A DNA stretch of 63,547 bases, counting the filler, from Lenisia limosa (Eukaryota > Protista > Breviatea), in assembly GCA_001655205.1 (NCBI GenBank). It is 16 parts of 16 records of this genome, joined end to end, with 100 filler letters (N's around TTAATTAATTAA, not from the genome) between each part and the next. Parts side by side here need not be neighbours in the genome. Positions count along the whole stretch, not along the records: positions 1 to 1,759 come from LPNZ01007725.1; positions 1,860 to 4,083 come from LPNZ01002879.1; positions 4,184 to 7,913 come from LPNZ01005428.1; positions 8,014 to 21,319 come from LPNZ01006058.1; 12 more parts are not named here. One strand, written 5' to 3'. Positions 1-12,049 of this stretch are shown here, piece after piece. The translations under genes and the position numbers were made by a program. Within the stretch, counting starts at the first letter, position 1. Every line of letters begins with the position of its first letter. The notes under the pieces are model-generated. The model had not been told where the DNA came from, made no database searches, and was given only the letters and a program-made list of their open reading frames with translations.

Positions 1-5
1 CAGCC

Positions 6-1047
6 CCGCATCCCATCAAACCCTACGGGAACGTCCTTGTAATTATGAGTGATGGTATGTATTCACTACACAGCAGCAATTCCCTCTCACCATAGCAATA
101 CACACGTTATCTATGTAGAGCGTCCCAATTGGATGTCTCATCAATACCACCGAGGCCAATTTTCCGGACGTAGTGGAGGCTTAAGTTATACCGATCCCCC
201 ACGAGGGTGTCACTTCGGTTCGAAACAGTCCGTAGAGTATCCATAGATTTCGAGGATTTATTTTGAAACCAGTGTTTTTTTTTAACCGAAGTGACCCCCA
301 TACCCCAGCATGTTGAGAGCAGCGGAGTGCCGACTGCATGAATGCGCCTCGGTTGAGAGGGCGGAAGCGATACTGGCGTAGAGAGGATGCTTCTGGGGGG
401 GGGGGGGNNNNNNNNNNNNNNNNNNNNNNNNNNNNNNNNNNNNNNNNNNNNNNNNNNNNNNNNNNNNNNNNNNNNNNNNNNNNNNNNNNNNNNNNNNNNN
501 NNNNNNNNNNNNNNNNNNNNNNNNNNNNNNNNNNNNNNNNNNNNNNNNNNNNNNNNNNNNNNNNNNNNNNNNNNNNNNNNNNNNNNNNNNNNNNNNNNNN
601 NNNNNNNNNNNNNNNNNNNNNNNNTCCTTCATGAGTTGTTTTGCCTGCATTTCCGCTTCCTGGAAAGCACTCGAAGTCTGAAAGGTCAGAAAAATGTGGG
701 CGTTTTTATAATACCAGAAAAATGCGGTTATATAATAACAACACACACATTTACACTATCCCCCTCTCAACCCAGTCAAGTCTTGACCGATTTCTATGTG
801 ATATACAGTGACCAGGATAAGTCTTGATTGATTTGCTCTGTGATATACAGTGACTAAGATAAGTCTTGACCGATTTGCTATGTGATTTCCTAAGGAAAAT
901 CGGTCAAGACTTATCCCGGTCCACTGTATGTATTATATCCCCCCCACTCCGGAGGTGTCACTGCAGTTTGGGGCGTGCTCACAGTCCAGACATGACGATG
1001 ACAACCGCCATACTATTCGGCAGCCGATCGACCTCGATACCTCTCTG
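6..1047 (-). CDS. Hypothetical multi-exon protein, partial
   Basis: GC-richer blocks flanked by CCCCAG acceptors and GT donors on the minus strand (e.g. TSSAFQEAEMQAKQLMK, KHPLYASIASALSTEAHS); no family recognised and frame ambiguous across the gap. Confidence 0.3.
205..298. mobile_element. MITE family A copy
   Basis: GGGTGTCACTTCGGTT...AACCGAAGTGACCCC. Confidence 0.7.
848..926. mobile_element. MITE family B (TA|CAGTG...CACTG|TA, ~29-bp TIR), Tc1/mariner-type
   Basis: CAGTGAC..GATAAGTCTTGACCGATTT...AAATCGGTCAAGACTTATCCCGGTCCACTG with TA on both sides. Confidence 0.75.
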
Positions 1048-1513
1048 GGGAGTAAAATTGGAAAATTTGTGAACAAAAAAAAAACCCTGGGGGGGATTTA
1101 GGGCGGAGTGTAGGTGGAGTAAAATTGGAAAATTTATGGGGGTGCTTGTCTGTGTGTGTGTGTGGCAATAGTAGCCAATGAAAAAATTCTCAAATCAACT
1201 CTGTGAGATCATAAAAGGATATGTATGATATAAATCGTGATATCATACATATCCTTTTCTGATCGGATATTGGTTGTGTTCTTGATAAATATATCGTTAT
1301 AAATTAAGCATTTATTGATGTCAATCAAGTATTTGCTCTTGATCAAGTATTACGGACAACTTAAGACATTGTGTTTGCTATTAGGAAAGTATCAATAATC
1401 AAGCATCTATTGCTATTAGTCCAGTATGTATTTCTCTTAGTCCAGTATATTTCTACTAAACAAGTATTTATAATATTATTAATCCAGTTCATCCAGAATT
1501 TGTTATTATCCAG

Positions 1514-2463
1514 TATTCTTCTCGACCTTTAAGTCCCGCACAAAACGGTTGGGAAGTCGGCATACCTCACAACATGCTGCAAGAAATCATGGAGGCTCTT
1601 GTGGGACTCATTTGCAACACTAACATCCGTAAGGGAAATAAACACACAGTGAAGGCGGATATACAGTATAATAGAAAATATTCAATAATTAAATAATAAC
1701 AATAGCAGAGTTTTGCACTAAATCTCAGCAATCCTAAAACAATACACCACCACTCCCCCNNNNNNNNNNNNNNNNNNNNNNNNNNNNNNNNNNNNNNNNN
1801 NNNTTAATTAATTAANNNNNNNNNNNNNNNNNNNNNNNNNNNNNNNNNNNNNNNNNNNNTTTCCAATTTACTCCCAATAGCGGCTTTGGCTACAAATTTT
1901 GGGCCCCAGCCAGCTGCAACGAGTACGGACAAAACCCTTGCACTACCACATATAGGTTGGGGGGTGGGGGGCATGGAGCTGAAAGACATGCTTGGGTTTT
2001 GTTTTTTTTAGTTTGTGGCTCTATGGTCTGACACCTGTACCTGTAGACGTGATTCTTGTTTGGTGGTGTTGTTTGGAGCTATTTTTATATCTTTTTACAC
2101 CACTATTCACCATCGAATTTCCTTCGTTTTACTCTCCTTAGAACTTGGTCTAAGGAGTACATTCGCCGCAACCAAACTAAACACGAGTAATGATATATCC
2201 CCAGTTATTACGGAAATTCGAAATGGGGACCCCTATCTGATTATAGTAAATAAGGCATCGTCAGAAAATGGGGAAATACGGGGAAGCCAACTGATTAAAG
2301 GAATGATAGTAATCAGGTAATTTGTCATGTATTTATTTGTTTGCCAAGATTTAGACAGGAAAAATTATACTTTGTTCAAAAAAAGCGTGGGGGCACCGTG
2401 GAAGATAACATTACATATACTACCATGACCACGCCTCTCGAGGGCCAAACAAAGAAACAGTAG
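1514..2463 (+). CDS. Hypothetical protein, 3' part (4 exons, spans a linker)
   Basis: Exons join in frame: YSSRPLSPAQNGWEVG..., PALATNFGPQ..., ELGLRSTFAATK...MIVIR, QEKLYFVQKK...KKQ-TAG. Confidence 0.4.
1804..1815. other. Assembly linker TTAATTAATTAA inside a 100-nt N block (recurs about 15 times)
   Basis: Identical all-frame-stop sequence centred in Ns at 1804, 4128, 7958, 21364, 24131, 25528, 26800, 31316, 33930, 36548, 44792, 46834, 55783, 58221 and 61668. Confidence 0.95.
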
Positions 2464-3009
2464 AACAGCAGAACAAGCAAACGTTCCCTTTAAAACCCAA
2501 GCAAACCGGCTGGAAATTTGCCCGCCATTGGAAGATGGGCGACATAGTTGGGGGGACAATGTGAAATGTCAGGCCAGATAATGAAACACGATCACGCAGA
2601 TCACGATTCACGATCAAAAAAAATTTGGGAAACGACAACTAAACTACTCTTCTTCAAATATATTAATATATAATAAGAGAGACAAAAGGAAGAAACTGGC
2701 TTTTGAACGTCCTCAACTCCTCTCTCCTTGCCTGTTCCAGCCAATCTCACTCTATTCTAAACTGGTTACAAGCTGGTTATCCTCAAACAAAACCAATTTG
2801 AAGAGGAGGGGTTCTTCCCCTTTTAAATTCGCACCAGTGGGTTGGATTCCTGAGCACTTCCCTGCATCATTTTGTTGACCTTTTGCAGCCTTTAACAAGG
2901 CTAGTTTCACGCTAGGTTGCCTAACTTTACATTTGAAAAGCGCTTTGGAAGGGGGTTTCCTCTCTCTCCTTTCCCCTTTATCACATGATCTTGCTTTCAC
3001 CCTCTCCAG

Positions 3010-4083
3010 TGGACTATACCCTTGAACAACAAATGAAGGCCTTAAAGATCTCCACCAAAATCGAAGCCTCGCTCATTCTCGAGCCTGTCCAATCTACACA
3101 GCTGCTTGGTTTGTGGTTGCCTGTTCTTTTTCAGCATGTTTTTCTAATTCTGTGTTTCAACTTTCTAATCCTCGTTTTCTATTGAATTACTCGTAACCTG
3201 TGGTGTTTTGATATCCCTTCTATTACATTTTTGTTCCAAGCGGTTGTTTACTTTCCTAAAAAGACTTGGAAAATGTCGGTGTTTTCAAGGGTTTCTCNNN
3301 NNNNNNNNNNNNNNNNNNNNNNNNNNNNNNNNNNNNNNNNNNNNNNNNNNNNNNNNNNNNNNNNNNNNNNNNNNNNNNNNNNNNNNNNNNNNNNNNNNNN
3401 NNNNNNNNTCTTCTCTTATTAACACCCAGAATTCAACTTTCCGCAGCAGAGGCGTACGATGCGGAAGCGATTGCGACAAAGGAACAAAAGTGCGGATGAC
3501 CTTCAGGCCAACAACGACCCACAGCCCTCGAGACCTGCTAAGAAGAAGAAAACCATCAATGATAGGAAAAAGAACGTGGGTGGGGGCTTGGGCCTTTTTT
3601 TAATCTCCAATGGTGCAAATACATTTTGTGGTGTCAAGTTGCAATTTAACCCTCATGTTTCCACATTAAACCCAACTTCCCAAGCTCTTTCTGTGTGTTT
3701 ACATCTTGTGCACATGGTTATCTAAGACATATTTATTTAGAATATGATAATACTTGACTTCTGTTTTTTTCACTTTCCGAATTTATTAAATTCACCTTGA
3801 CTAGTTTGCCAAGGCCAGACAAGAAGCACAAGCGGAGAAAAAGAAGAAAGACAAGGCCTGGAGGCAGAAAAACAAAAAGGTGCGAAAAAGGGTTATATTT
3901 GGACTTCCCTTCAGTCCGAAAAAGACGAGACAATTTGTCGATAGTTTTCGAGGATTTATCGAGAAATTCAGTCTTTTTAAGGTGGTTTTGTTTCCGTTGC
4001 TCAGGTTCTGTCACGTTTTTGAGGGGGATACCCTAGTATTCCATTATTCCTTACCGCCCAGGTCTTTGCCACCTTTGGCACTC
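3010..4083 (+). CDS. Hypothetical basic/charged protein fragment (could be an upstream part of the TEP1-like gene)
   Basis: In-frame exons DYTLEQQMKALKIS...LL|EFNFPQQRRTMRKRL...RKKN|FAKARQEAQAEKKKK...|VFATFG; runs into a linker. Confidence 0.35.
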
Positions 4084-4183
4084 NNNNNNNNNNNNNNNNN
4101 NNNNNNNNNNNNNNNNNNNNNNNNNNNTTAATTAATTAANNNNNNNNNNNNNNNNNNNNNNNNNNNNNNNNNNNNNNNNNNNN

Positions 4184-7100
4184 CGGGGCGGCCGTGGTCG
4201 TGGAGGTGGGTGGTTAACTCTGATCCAGATAATAACTAAATTCCTCATAAATCTTCGATATATTTCGATAATTTACCAATCTTTATTGTATCCGTAAATG
4301 ATATCTCTGGGGCTTCACTTCGGTTCGAAAAAGACCGATAAAATATCGATAGTTTTCGAGGATTTATCGAGAAATTCAGTCTTTTTTTAAACCGAAGTGA
4401 AGCCGTATTGATGGTGTGGATGGCTTCGATTAGGGACTCTTTCTTATTGCCCATTTCCCCTTATGGTATTATGTTATTGTAGTATGTATGATATGATAGT
4501 CTGCTTATGACTTATTAGGCGGACGCAATGAGAAAGAAAAGCCAGTTGTGGATCCTCCCAACGCCAACCACATCGCAATGTACCGCAACGTAGGCATGGG
4601 GATGTTTTGGGGGTATTTGAGCTTTTTTTTTATCAAGCCCTTATCATCAGTGATTTGTTGGATAATCTTAGAATAATCTTAGGACTAGGATAATCATACG
4701 ATAATCTTATTACAAGCTTCATTACCACGTCTGATTTCTTAGGCCATTGAAGAGGCAATTGAGCATGCCGCACGTTTCAACATTCCTCCCCTTGCCGGAA
4801 AGACAGGTGGAGGGGTAGTACATACAGTGACCGGGATAAGTCTTGACCGATTTGCTTTATGATTTCCCAAAGGAAAACCGGTCAAGTCTTATTCCGGTCA
4901 ATAAGTTCAATGATTCCATTTCGCATAGAGCTCCATTTCCTGTACGCTGGAGTGGTGCTGTAGAAGCGACTGGCCTGNNNNNNNNNNNNNNNNNNNNNNN
5001 NNNNNNNNNNNNNNNNNNNNNNAAGTTTTCTAATTTTTCTCCCCCCCCCCCCACTAACTTGTCAGTTATCGCGGTGGAGGGTCTGGATCGTGTCAATGAG
5101 GTGGGCATGTTGTTAAAATTTGTTGAAATTTGTGCATAATCGGTTAGTCGTTTTATATGATGTAACATTATAATATACTCAATAAGGTTGTTTTCAACCC
5201 TCGTGTAGCCAACAGATTTGATTTGTATTTTTTTATTCTTATTATTGCATAACTTTTCCGAAATTTCCTTCTTTTTACTGTTTACTCTCCAGAGCAAGGC
5301 AATTGTCCTGGCTATGCTTCTGGTGTCTTGCGAAATGCCTGTTCTTCACATCAACGGAACCGTTCTCACTGTGAGTCCCTAGTACTAGATACATAATTGC
5401 GTGCATTAGTTACATAATTGGTTACATTAGTTACGCTTTTATTTGGAGTATTTATGCTATTGGTTACATTAGTTACATTAGTTACAGCAGTTTTTTTGCA
5501 AATAAATTGGCTGCATTTCATGCGTTTACTCCTTTAGCGTCTCGAAGGAGGTTTCATGGAGACTGTTTCCACTATTATGCGCAATATGGGTGAGGGGGGA
5601 GGGGAGCTTCATAAGCTTTACCACTTAATTGTCTAATCCGACTTGAGCATAATTTTTTTAATTTTTTTCAACCCTCGTGTGTTTTGCAGCTGTTAAGCCA
5701 CCAGAATTTTATTGTTTTTATTTCATTAATTGTCTATTTTCACCCCCTGGGCATTGTTTGTTTCGTTGTTATCAACCCTTGTGTGTTGTACAGAGCTGAT
5801 TTGGGCTTTTTTTGTTTCCTAAGTTTTGCAAATTCACCACCCCCAGACGACATGTGCGGCGACTTGACTCGGTTAGAGAAGGCAGCGCACGAGGCCCCTC
5901 CCCTTTTCACCGTCCCGGGAATCAATACTTTCATCCACATCTCTGACGACACCGATTTGACTCTTTCGCACTCCGCCGCCGACGCCAGGATCTTGGACTC
6001 CCCAGGTATGTATAAAAGGGATCTTGGACTCCCCAGGTATGTATAAAAGGGATCTTGGACTCCCCAGGTATTTCTCCTAGACATGCTCCATTTCTCACCC
6101 CCCATGTTTTTTAGTGCTTGTTATTGTTGTTTGGAGCTTCACATCGGAGCGTGATTAGTACCTTTATGCCTATTCTTCATCGAAATGTCCTTCGTTTTAN
6201 NNNNNNNNNNNNNNNNNNNNNNNNNNNNNNNNNNNNNNNNNNNNNNNNNNNNNNNNNNNNNNNNNNNNNNNNNNNNNNNNNNNNNNNNNNNNNNNNNNNN
6301 NNNNNNNNNNNNNNNNNNNNNNNNNNNNNNNNNNNNNNNNNNNNNNNNNNNNNNNNNNNNACACCCCTTAAACATCAGTATCGACTCCTGCAGTGACGCT
6401 GTTCTTAGGTTCCTGGCCGAACGCGGTGATGCGGCTCAATTGGAGGTGGGTAAATGAGGGAAAACTCTTTCTAATTAAGTAAAAAAAAACAACTTATATT
6501 GTGCTTATTTTTGACCTTTGTAGCATGTTGAGACCATCGCAGCGAAATACGACTTGACAGACATCCCCGTTCGCGGCCGGTTCAAGGTAGGAACTGCCTT
6601 ATTTGGCAGAAAGAGTTGCTTTATTTGGCAAGTTTTCTTGGTTTTAACCACCAAGGAAATCGAAGCAGAAGACCTGCCTGAACCTGTAACCGAGGAAGAG
6701 TCAGATGAGGTTGGTGCAGACATGCTCGATCCTGGGTTGTTTGGTTGTTTTATTTTTATTAACCCTCGTGTGTTGTCAGCCAGCAGAGTTGATTTTGGTC
6801 TTTTTGTGTTTCATAAATATTCCAATTTTACACCCCCCCCCCCAGGNNNNNNNNNNNNNNNNNNNNNNNNNNNNNNNNNNNNNNNNNNNNNNNNNNNNNN
6901 NNNNNNNNNNNNNNNNTGGAGGGTGCTTTGAGGATAAGAAACCGTGTGCTGTGTGCATTCTTGGCAAGGAGAGCATGTAAATAAGTTCACAACTGATAAG
7001 AACATTACTCTCGTTCACAAATACAAATTAGTTGATAACACAGACTAATAGAGATGATTTTTTGGGGGTTTATCATTTCTTTTAGATGCCCGTTATACCC

Positions 7101-7730
7101 CTCTTGTGTTTCTCAAATATGTAGCCGAGTTGAATTTCAAGTTGATTTTTTTTGTACATTTTCTATCACCCCCTCCCCCTCTCTTATTGGTTCGTAACTC
7201 TTTGAAATTTGGTGTTATCTCAGGGTTTTATTTCCTAATCAAAAACTAAATTTTATTCAGTTTGTGATGAGTACCTTCACGCCAAAATTCTTCATTGAAA
7301 TTTCCTTCAATTACCCCTCCCCCTACAGACATGTATGGTGAGCGTGACGCGTTGATCCATAGAGTTCTGCCCCTCCTTAGAACAAAAGCCAAGGTAATGA
7401 GGGGGGTTTTGGTCATGATATTACACTTTTTATCATCATTACAATTGTCTACATGGTACTTTATCCCCCCCGCCGCCGCTGGAATAATGGGATGCGGTGC
7501 TACAGAAGCGACCGGCCTGGNNNNNNNNNNNNNNNNNNNNNNNNNNNNNNNNNNNNNNNNNNNNNNNNNNNNNNNNNNNNNNNNNNNNNNNNNNNNNNNN
7601 NNNNNNNNNNNNNNNNNNNNNNNNTTTCCAATCTTACTGCCCCCAGGCCGCCCTCAACATCAACGTTGACTTCGTGGACCTTCGATGGGGTATATCTGAC
7701 CATGACGTTCACACCGGCCAGGCCCTGAAG
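4184..7730 (+). CDS. TEP1: TEP1-like (telomerase/vault-associated) protein: end of TROVE domain, VWA-like region and DUF4062, partial
   Basis: Spliced peptides HIAMYRN|AIEEAIEHAARFNIPPLAGKT|VIAV, SDAVLRFLAERGDAAQLE|HVETI, DMYGERDALIHRVLPLL and FVDLRWGIS match the TEP1 motifs YRQALETAV..LPLLPGRTV, TDAILKFIAEHG..LEHV, DMHGERD and IDLRWGV as recalled. Confidence 0.72.
4310..4405. mobile_element. MITE family A (~90-130 bp hairpin, TIR GGGCTTCACTTCGG), type copy
   Basis: GGGCTTCACTTCGGT...ACCGAAGTGAAGCC with core TTTCGAGGATTTATCGAGAAATTCAGTC; intronic. Confidence 0.8.
4825..4900. mobile_element. MITE family B copy
   Basis: CAGTGACCGGGATAAGTCTTGACCG...CGGTCAAGTCTTATTCCGGTCA. Confidence 0.75.
5988..6071 (+). 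repeat. Three tandem copies (31 nt) of exon end plus donor
   Basis: GGATCTTGGACTCCCCAG|GTATGTATAAAAG, last copy partial. Confidence 0.85.
6710..6845 (+). repeat. Family C-like sequence forming an entire 136-nt intron
   Basis: Donor at 6710 and acceptor at 6845; whole length aligns by eye to the C consensus. Confidence 0.6.
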
Positions 7731-8013
7731 GTGTGTATGATGCTGTTTCTCTTCACCAAGAGTGCCTTACTGAAATGCCTGTCTTTTCCGAAGCCGTATC
7801 GAGAGCTTATATGGCTGGGCTGTTGTCGGAAGAAAGATCAAGTAACTTTATCCAACATACAATGAGAGAGTTATAAGGCAAATGATTGGGTGAATTATAA
7901 TCCAATAGCTTTTNNNNNNNNNNNNNNNNNNNNNNNNNNNNNNNNNNNNNNNNNNNNTTAATTAATTAANNNNNNNNNNNNNNNNNNNNNNNNNNNNNNN
8001 NNNNNNNNNNNNN

Positions 8014-9890
8014 CCGCCGCCGGAGACGAACTCGAACAGGCTCGATCCCTCTTAATTGAAATGGACAAGGAGAAAAAGAACCTTCAGGAGGAAAACGTGG
8101 GCAGTTGCCAACTTTCACTGTTGTTGTTGGATTTGTTTTTAGGTTTTGAAATCAATCATTGCACGGAATCATTATTTTCTCTTTTGTTTCTCTGCTTTTT
8201 TTCTTCAGGAATAGAGCGTATGACTGGTTTCACGTGGGTCTGAAAAAGACCGTTAAAATATCGATAGCTTTCGGGGATTTATCGAGAACTTCAGTCTATT
8301 TCGAAACGAAGTGGCAACTTACCCTCAAGGTTCTGCTTACAGCCAAATACGATGGGCTTAAAGACGAACTTTCGATACGCCAGGAGTGCATCATGACTCT
8401 CAGAGAGGTGAGCATGCGTGATGATGTAGACGGCTTCAACCAGATACGATATCCAATGTCTCTTATAGCGTGATGATTGTTTTAAAAGCACACAGCTCAC
8501 ACTCCAGGAAATGACCCAATTTTCAAGTGGCCTGGCTAAAATCACCAAGGAAATTAGTGGGTATTATGAGGCACTTTTTCGTACTTCTGATGTGGCTTTT
8601 TTTTTCGACGCTAGTTAGGGCTTCAGTTTGGTCCGAAACAGACCGATTATCAGATTGTAGAAAATGCTGGAAACAATATCTTACTGTGGAGAATGATGGT
8701 GAATTATTAAGTCATTGTGCCGTGGTGTACAATATGACTTTTTAGGTTACGACCGAAGCGACTTGGATATTTTGGGAGTGTTGGAAGAAATTACAAAAGA
8801 AATATCTGGAAGACCTTCAATACACAAGTGAGCAGGATAAAAGAGGGGATACTCTTTTTGGGGGCTGTTTACCTCAGTAGTGCTGATACTACACAAAACG
8901 GAACATGCTTATTACTATAATTACTATAAATTTTCAGATAGGAAACGTATACAATAAATAGCTATAAAAAAAATATTTTCAATTTAGTTGAATATCTACT
9001 AAGCACTAAATACTCTCTTTTAGAGAACAAAATCATGTAGTACATGCATGAAATCTAGGGAAACGAATAATTTATTATTTCCCAATTTTACACCCGCCAG
9101 CTTCCAGCCTGGTCAAAAGGTCCTCTTCCTGATGGTGAATAGAGGTAAGTAAGCTTTTTGTTACTGTGTGGGGGGTACGTTGATTTTGGTTTTTTATGTT
9201 TCATAAATTGTCCATCTTTACGTACACTGGAGTGATGCTGTGCTGCAAAAGCGACTGGCTTAGGCTTTGTTTTGTTGTCCCTCGTGTGTTGTCAGCCAAC
9301 AGAGTCGATTTGGGCTTTTTTGTTTCAAAAACTGTCCAACTTTACTCCACCAACTCCCCTGCATCCACCAACTCCCCGCAGTCTCGGAGGGAACCACGAA
9401 GATCGCCGTGTTCCGGGCTCTTTCTGACGTTTCGCTCAACTACTTCCTGGACACCCGCGGTGATGCCATGCAAAGTGTCATGGGTGTGGATGAGAAGGTG
9501 GGGGGTATCATGGATATTGCGAAGGATTGAATTACCTGAAACATAGTTTCGAGGATTTATCGAGAAATTTAGTCTCTTCCCTTGCCACCAATCTTGACAC
9601 TGTAGAAAAGGCCGAGAACGCTATTTGGCACAATTGAGTCAATTGAGCGAATAAAATACTCTGGTGGGGGGGGGGTATTTTAAATGTTAGTATGACAAGT
9701 GTGTTGAGCTGCTGAATTATTTTGTAAATTTTTGTGTTGTTGAACCCCTTCCCCCCAACATCTTCATTTTCCTCACCCCTCCCGTCACATTATCACATTT
9801 CCAGCATCATCCCCCTACGAGTTTAAGCCGCGCAACAGCGAGTTTTACTACCTCATCAGCTGCTCAAAAGTCTGGAACGCTGTCAGCAAC
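8014..9890 (+). CDS. ATG11: ATG11/RB1CC1(FIP200)-like autophagy protein, C-terminal coiled coil plus claw domain, partial
   Basis: Coiled-coil exons followed by PSIHN|FQPGQKVLFL...AVFRALSDVSLNYFLD...LFGTIESIE...PYEF...FYYLIS, resembling the Atg11 C-terminal domain. Confidence 0.6.
9222..9381 (+). repeat. Intronic family C element
   Basis: GTACACTGGAGTGATG...CCCTCGTGTGTTGTCAGCCAACAGAG...CCGCAG; preceded by a partial C 3' end. Confidence 0.8.
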
Positions 9891-12049
9891 AGTTTGCTGG
9901 GGTATTTGTCTTATAAGCGTGATTGTGTGGACGGNNNNNNNNNNNNNNNNNNNNNNNNNNNNNNNNNNNNNNNNNNNNNNNNNNNNNNNNNNTATATTTG
10001 TTCATACAGTGTTGGAGTGGGATAGCTACAGCATATTGTTATCTAGTAATATCATCTTTTCATACACCTAACCTTGATGTCTCACGTTTTAGGCTCTCTC
10101 GAGCGCCAAGATAGCAGTTGTAAGAGGGACCGGTTCTGGCTGTTATAACAGGGGTCTCCCTTCCGAAATATTCCAAAATTATCAGTTTTTTGGTCTTTTT
10201 CGGACCGCAGGTTATCCCGTTGTAACAATGGTGGTGATTTAGCCCATTTATTGATAGGAGGCTATTTTTGTTTTTCTTTTCCATTTTGTTTTGAGGATGG
10301 TATCGCCTCTTTTTGACTCTGTTTAACACTACCGTGAACAAGGTGTCGTTTGTATGTACAATTTACGCTACCGCGATAAGTCCCGACACATTGAGCTTTA
10401 TCTTTAGACTCGAATCAGAGGACTTATCGCGGTCAGATATTTATGATATAATATACTAATATATATGATATATGATATAATATATGGGTTTGCTTTCGAG
10501 GAATTGACAAGTTTAGTACAAATGTCAACAGCGTTCATTGATGAGTAGTGCTCTCGCCTAATTTTGTAATTTCTGTTTCAATTTTTCCATTTTTGCCTCG
10601 TATTTATTCTATGGTTCTTTTTAAATGCATCCTTTTTCAATCCGAAGTTCAGGGTTCTATCGTTCTTTCAACTGGAAACTGCTCTTTCTTGTCTCTCCCC
10701 TTACCCATATTACTGTGGCTTTTCTGTGCCACCATTTTAGGTGACTCCCATCACCAACATGACCGCCACCCCACAGCACAACTCTTCATCTAATATAATC
10801 ACTCTAAGCGTGTATGTGGATGGCTTCTGATTCCCTTGTTTATATTTCCTGTCTTTACACATTGACCATATACTAAAACACCTTGCCACATACCGAAGAC
10901 ATCATCTTCTTATAACAAGGTGAAAAGTGACACGGCTTTTGAGAGATAAAACAAATTTTGGACTTTAAAAGAGAGAGAGGATGAATTTTTTTGTACAAAC
11001 ATGAAATCATATCAAGGAATACAAACGAAGATATGATAAGTAAATCATCATATATTAGTACTACAATATACTGATCATCACCCCCCTATCAAACATAACC
11101 CCCACCATCATCGAACAAGCCAAACATTCCACCACCACCATGGCGACGGGGGCTGCGGGTTTGACATAAGTAATCACGTCGACATTTTCTGAGTCCACTC
11201 AGCGTAAATGTCGCCATGGGTACCGCTGCTGTATGCTCTTTCAAGTTTAGCTTCTAACATGATGAAAATAACTTCAATCTGGGTTCAATTAGCGGGCCAA
11301 TTATCAATTGTGCGTGCCGGGATCTATCTTATTGGCCCTTCGCCTTCCACCTCCCTCCCTTTTCTGCAATTTCTGTAGATTTCTGATATTTTAGAGAGTC
11401 AAAATTATAATTATAATTCAGAAATAATTATTAAAATTAGAGAGTAATCTCCACAGATCCGTCTTTCTTTCACCCCCCCCCCTTATCCAGCGTTTATCTG
11501 TTGCTTATTTTTATATACAGTTCTATAAATACAAAAATAAAGTTAGTTTCTGAGCCCCCAACTGCGCTCTGATCCGGCTTTGCCGCTTTGAAGGACATGT
11601 AACCGCACAGCATAGAAATAGCCCCCAAGTGATTGTAGACAGGTGGGTGGTTTTCTTTGGTACTTGGTGACCCCAGAAATCTAAAAAAAATCGTTCATTT
11701 ATAAAGCTGGAATCTAAAAATCAGTAATTTGACAGCTGGGCTCAAAATAGTTATTCTAAACAGTCGATAATTTTAGAATTTAAAAATGGCAATAATCTGA
11801 GATGTTGGATTTTTTTTTTTTTGTTCCATCATTTTTTACTAATAAGTTATGTTGTTGTTTTTTGTTTTATCAATGTTATATAATATTCTTATTGTTTTAT
11901 CGATGTTCCAGATATTACCAATTCGTTTAATCAAAGTGTTATATAGTTATTCTACGTTTGTTATGCTGAGCAAGTCAATTGGATATGATACAATGATACA
12001 ATAAAAATACCCAGAAAAAATAAGTTATTACCTTTTTCACACTTGCAGT

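Noticed and set aside
10060-11290. Exon-like blocks on the minus strand (e.g. RVVLWGGGHVGDG)
   Set aside because: No consistent reading frame or family could be built, so it is left unannotated.
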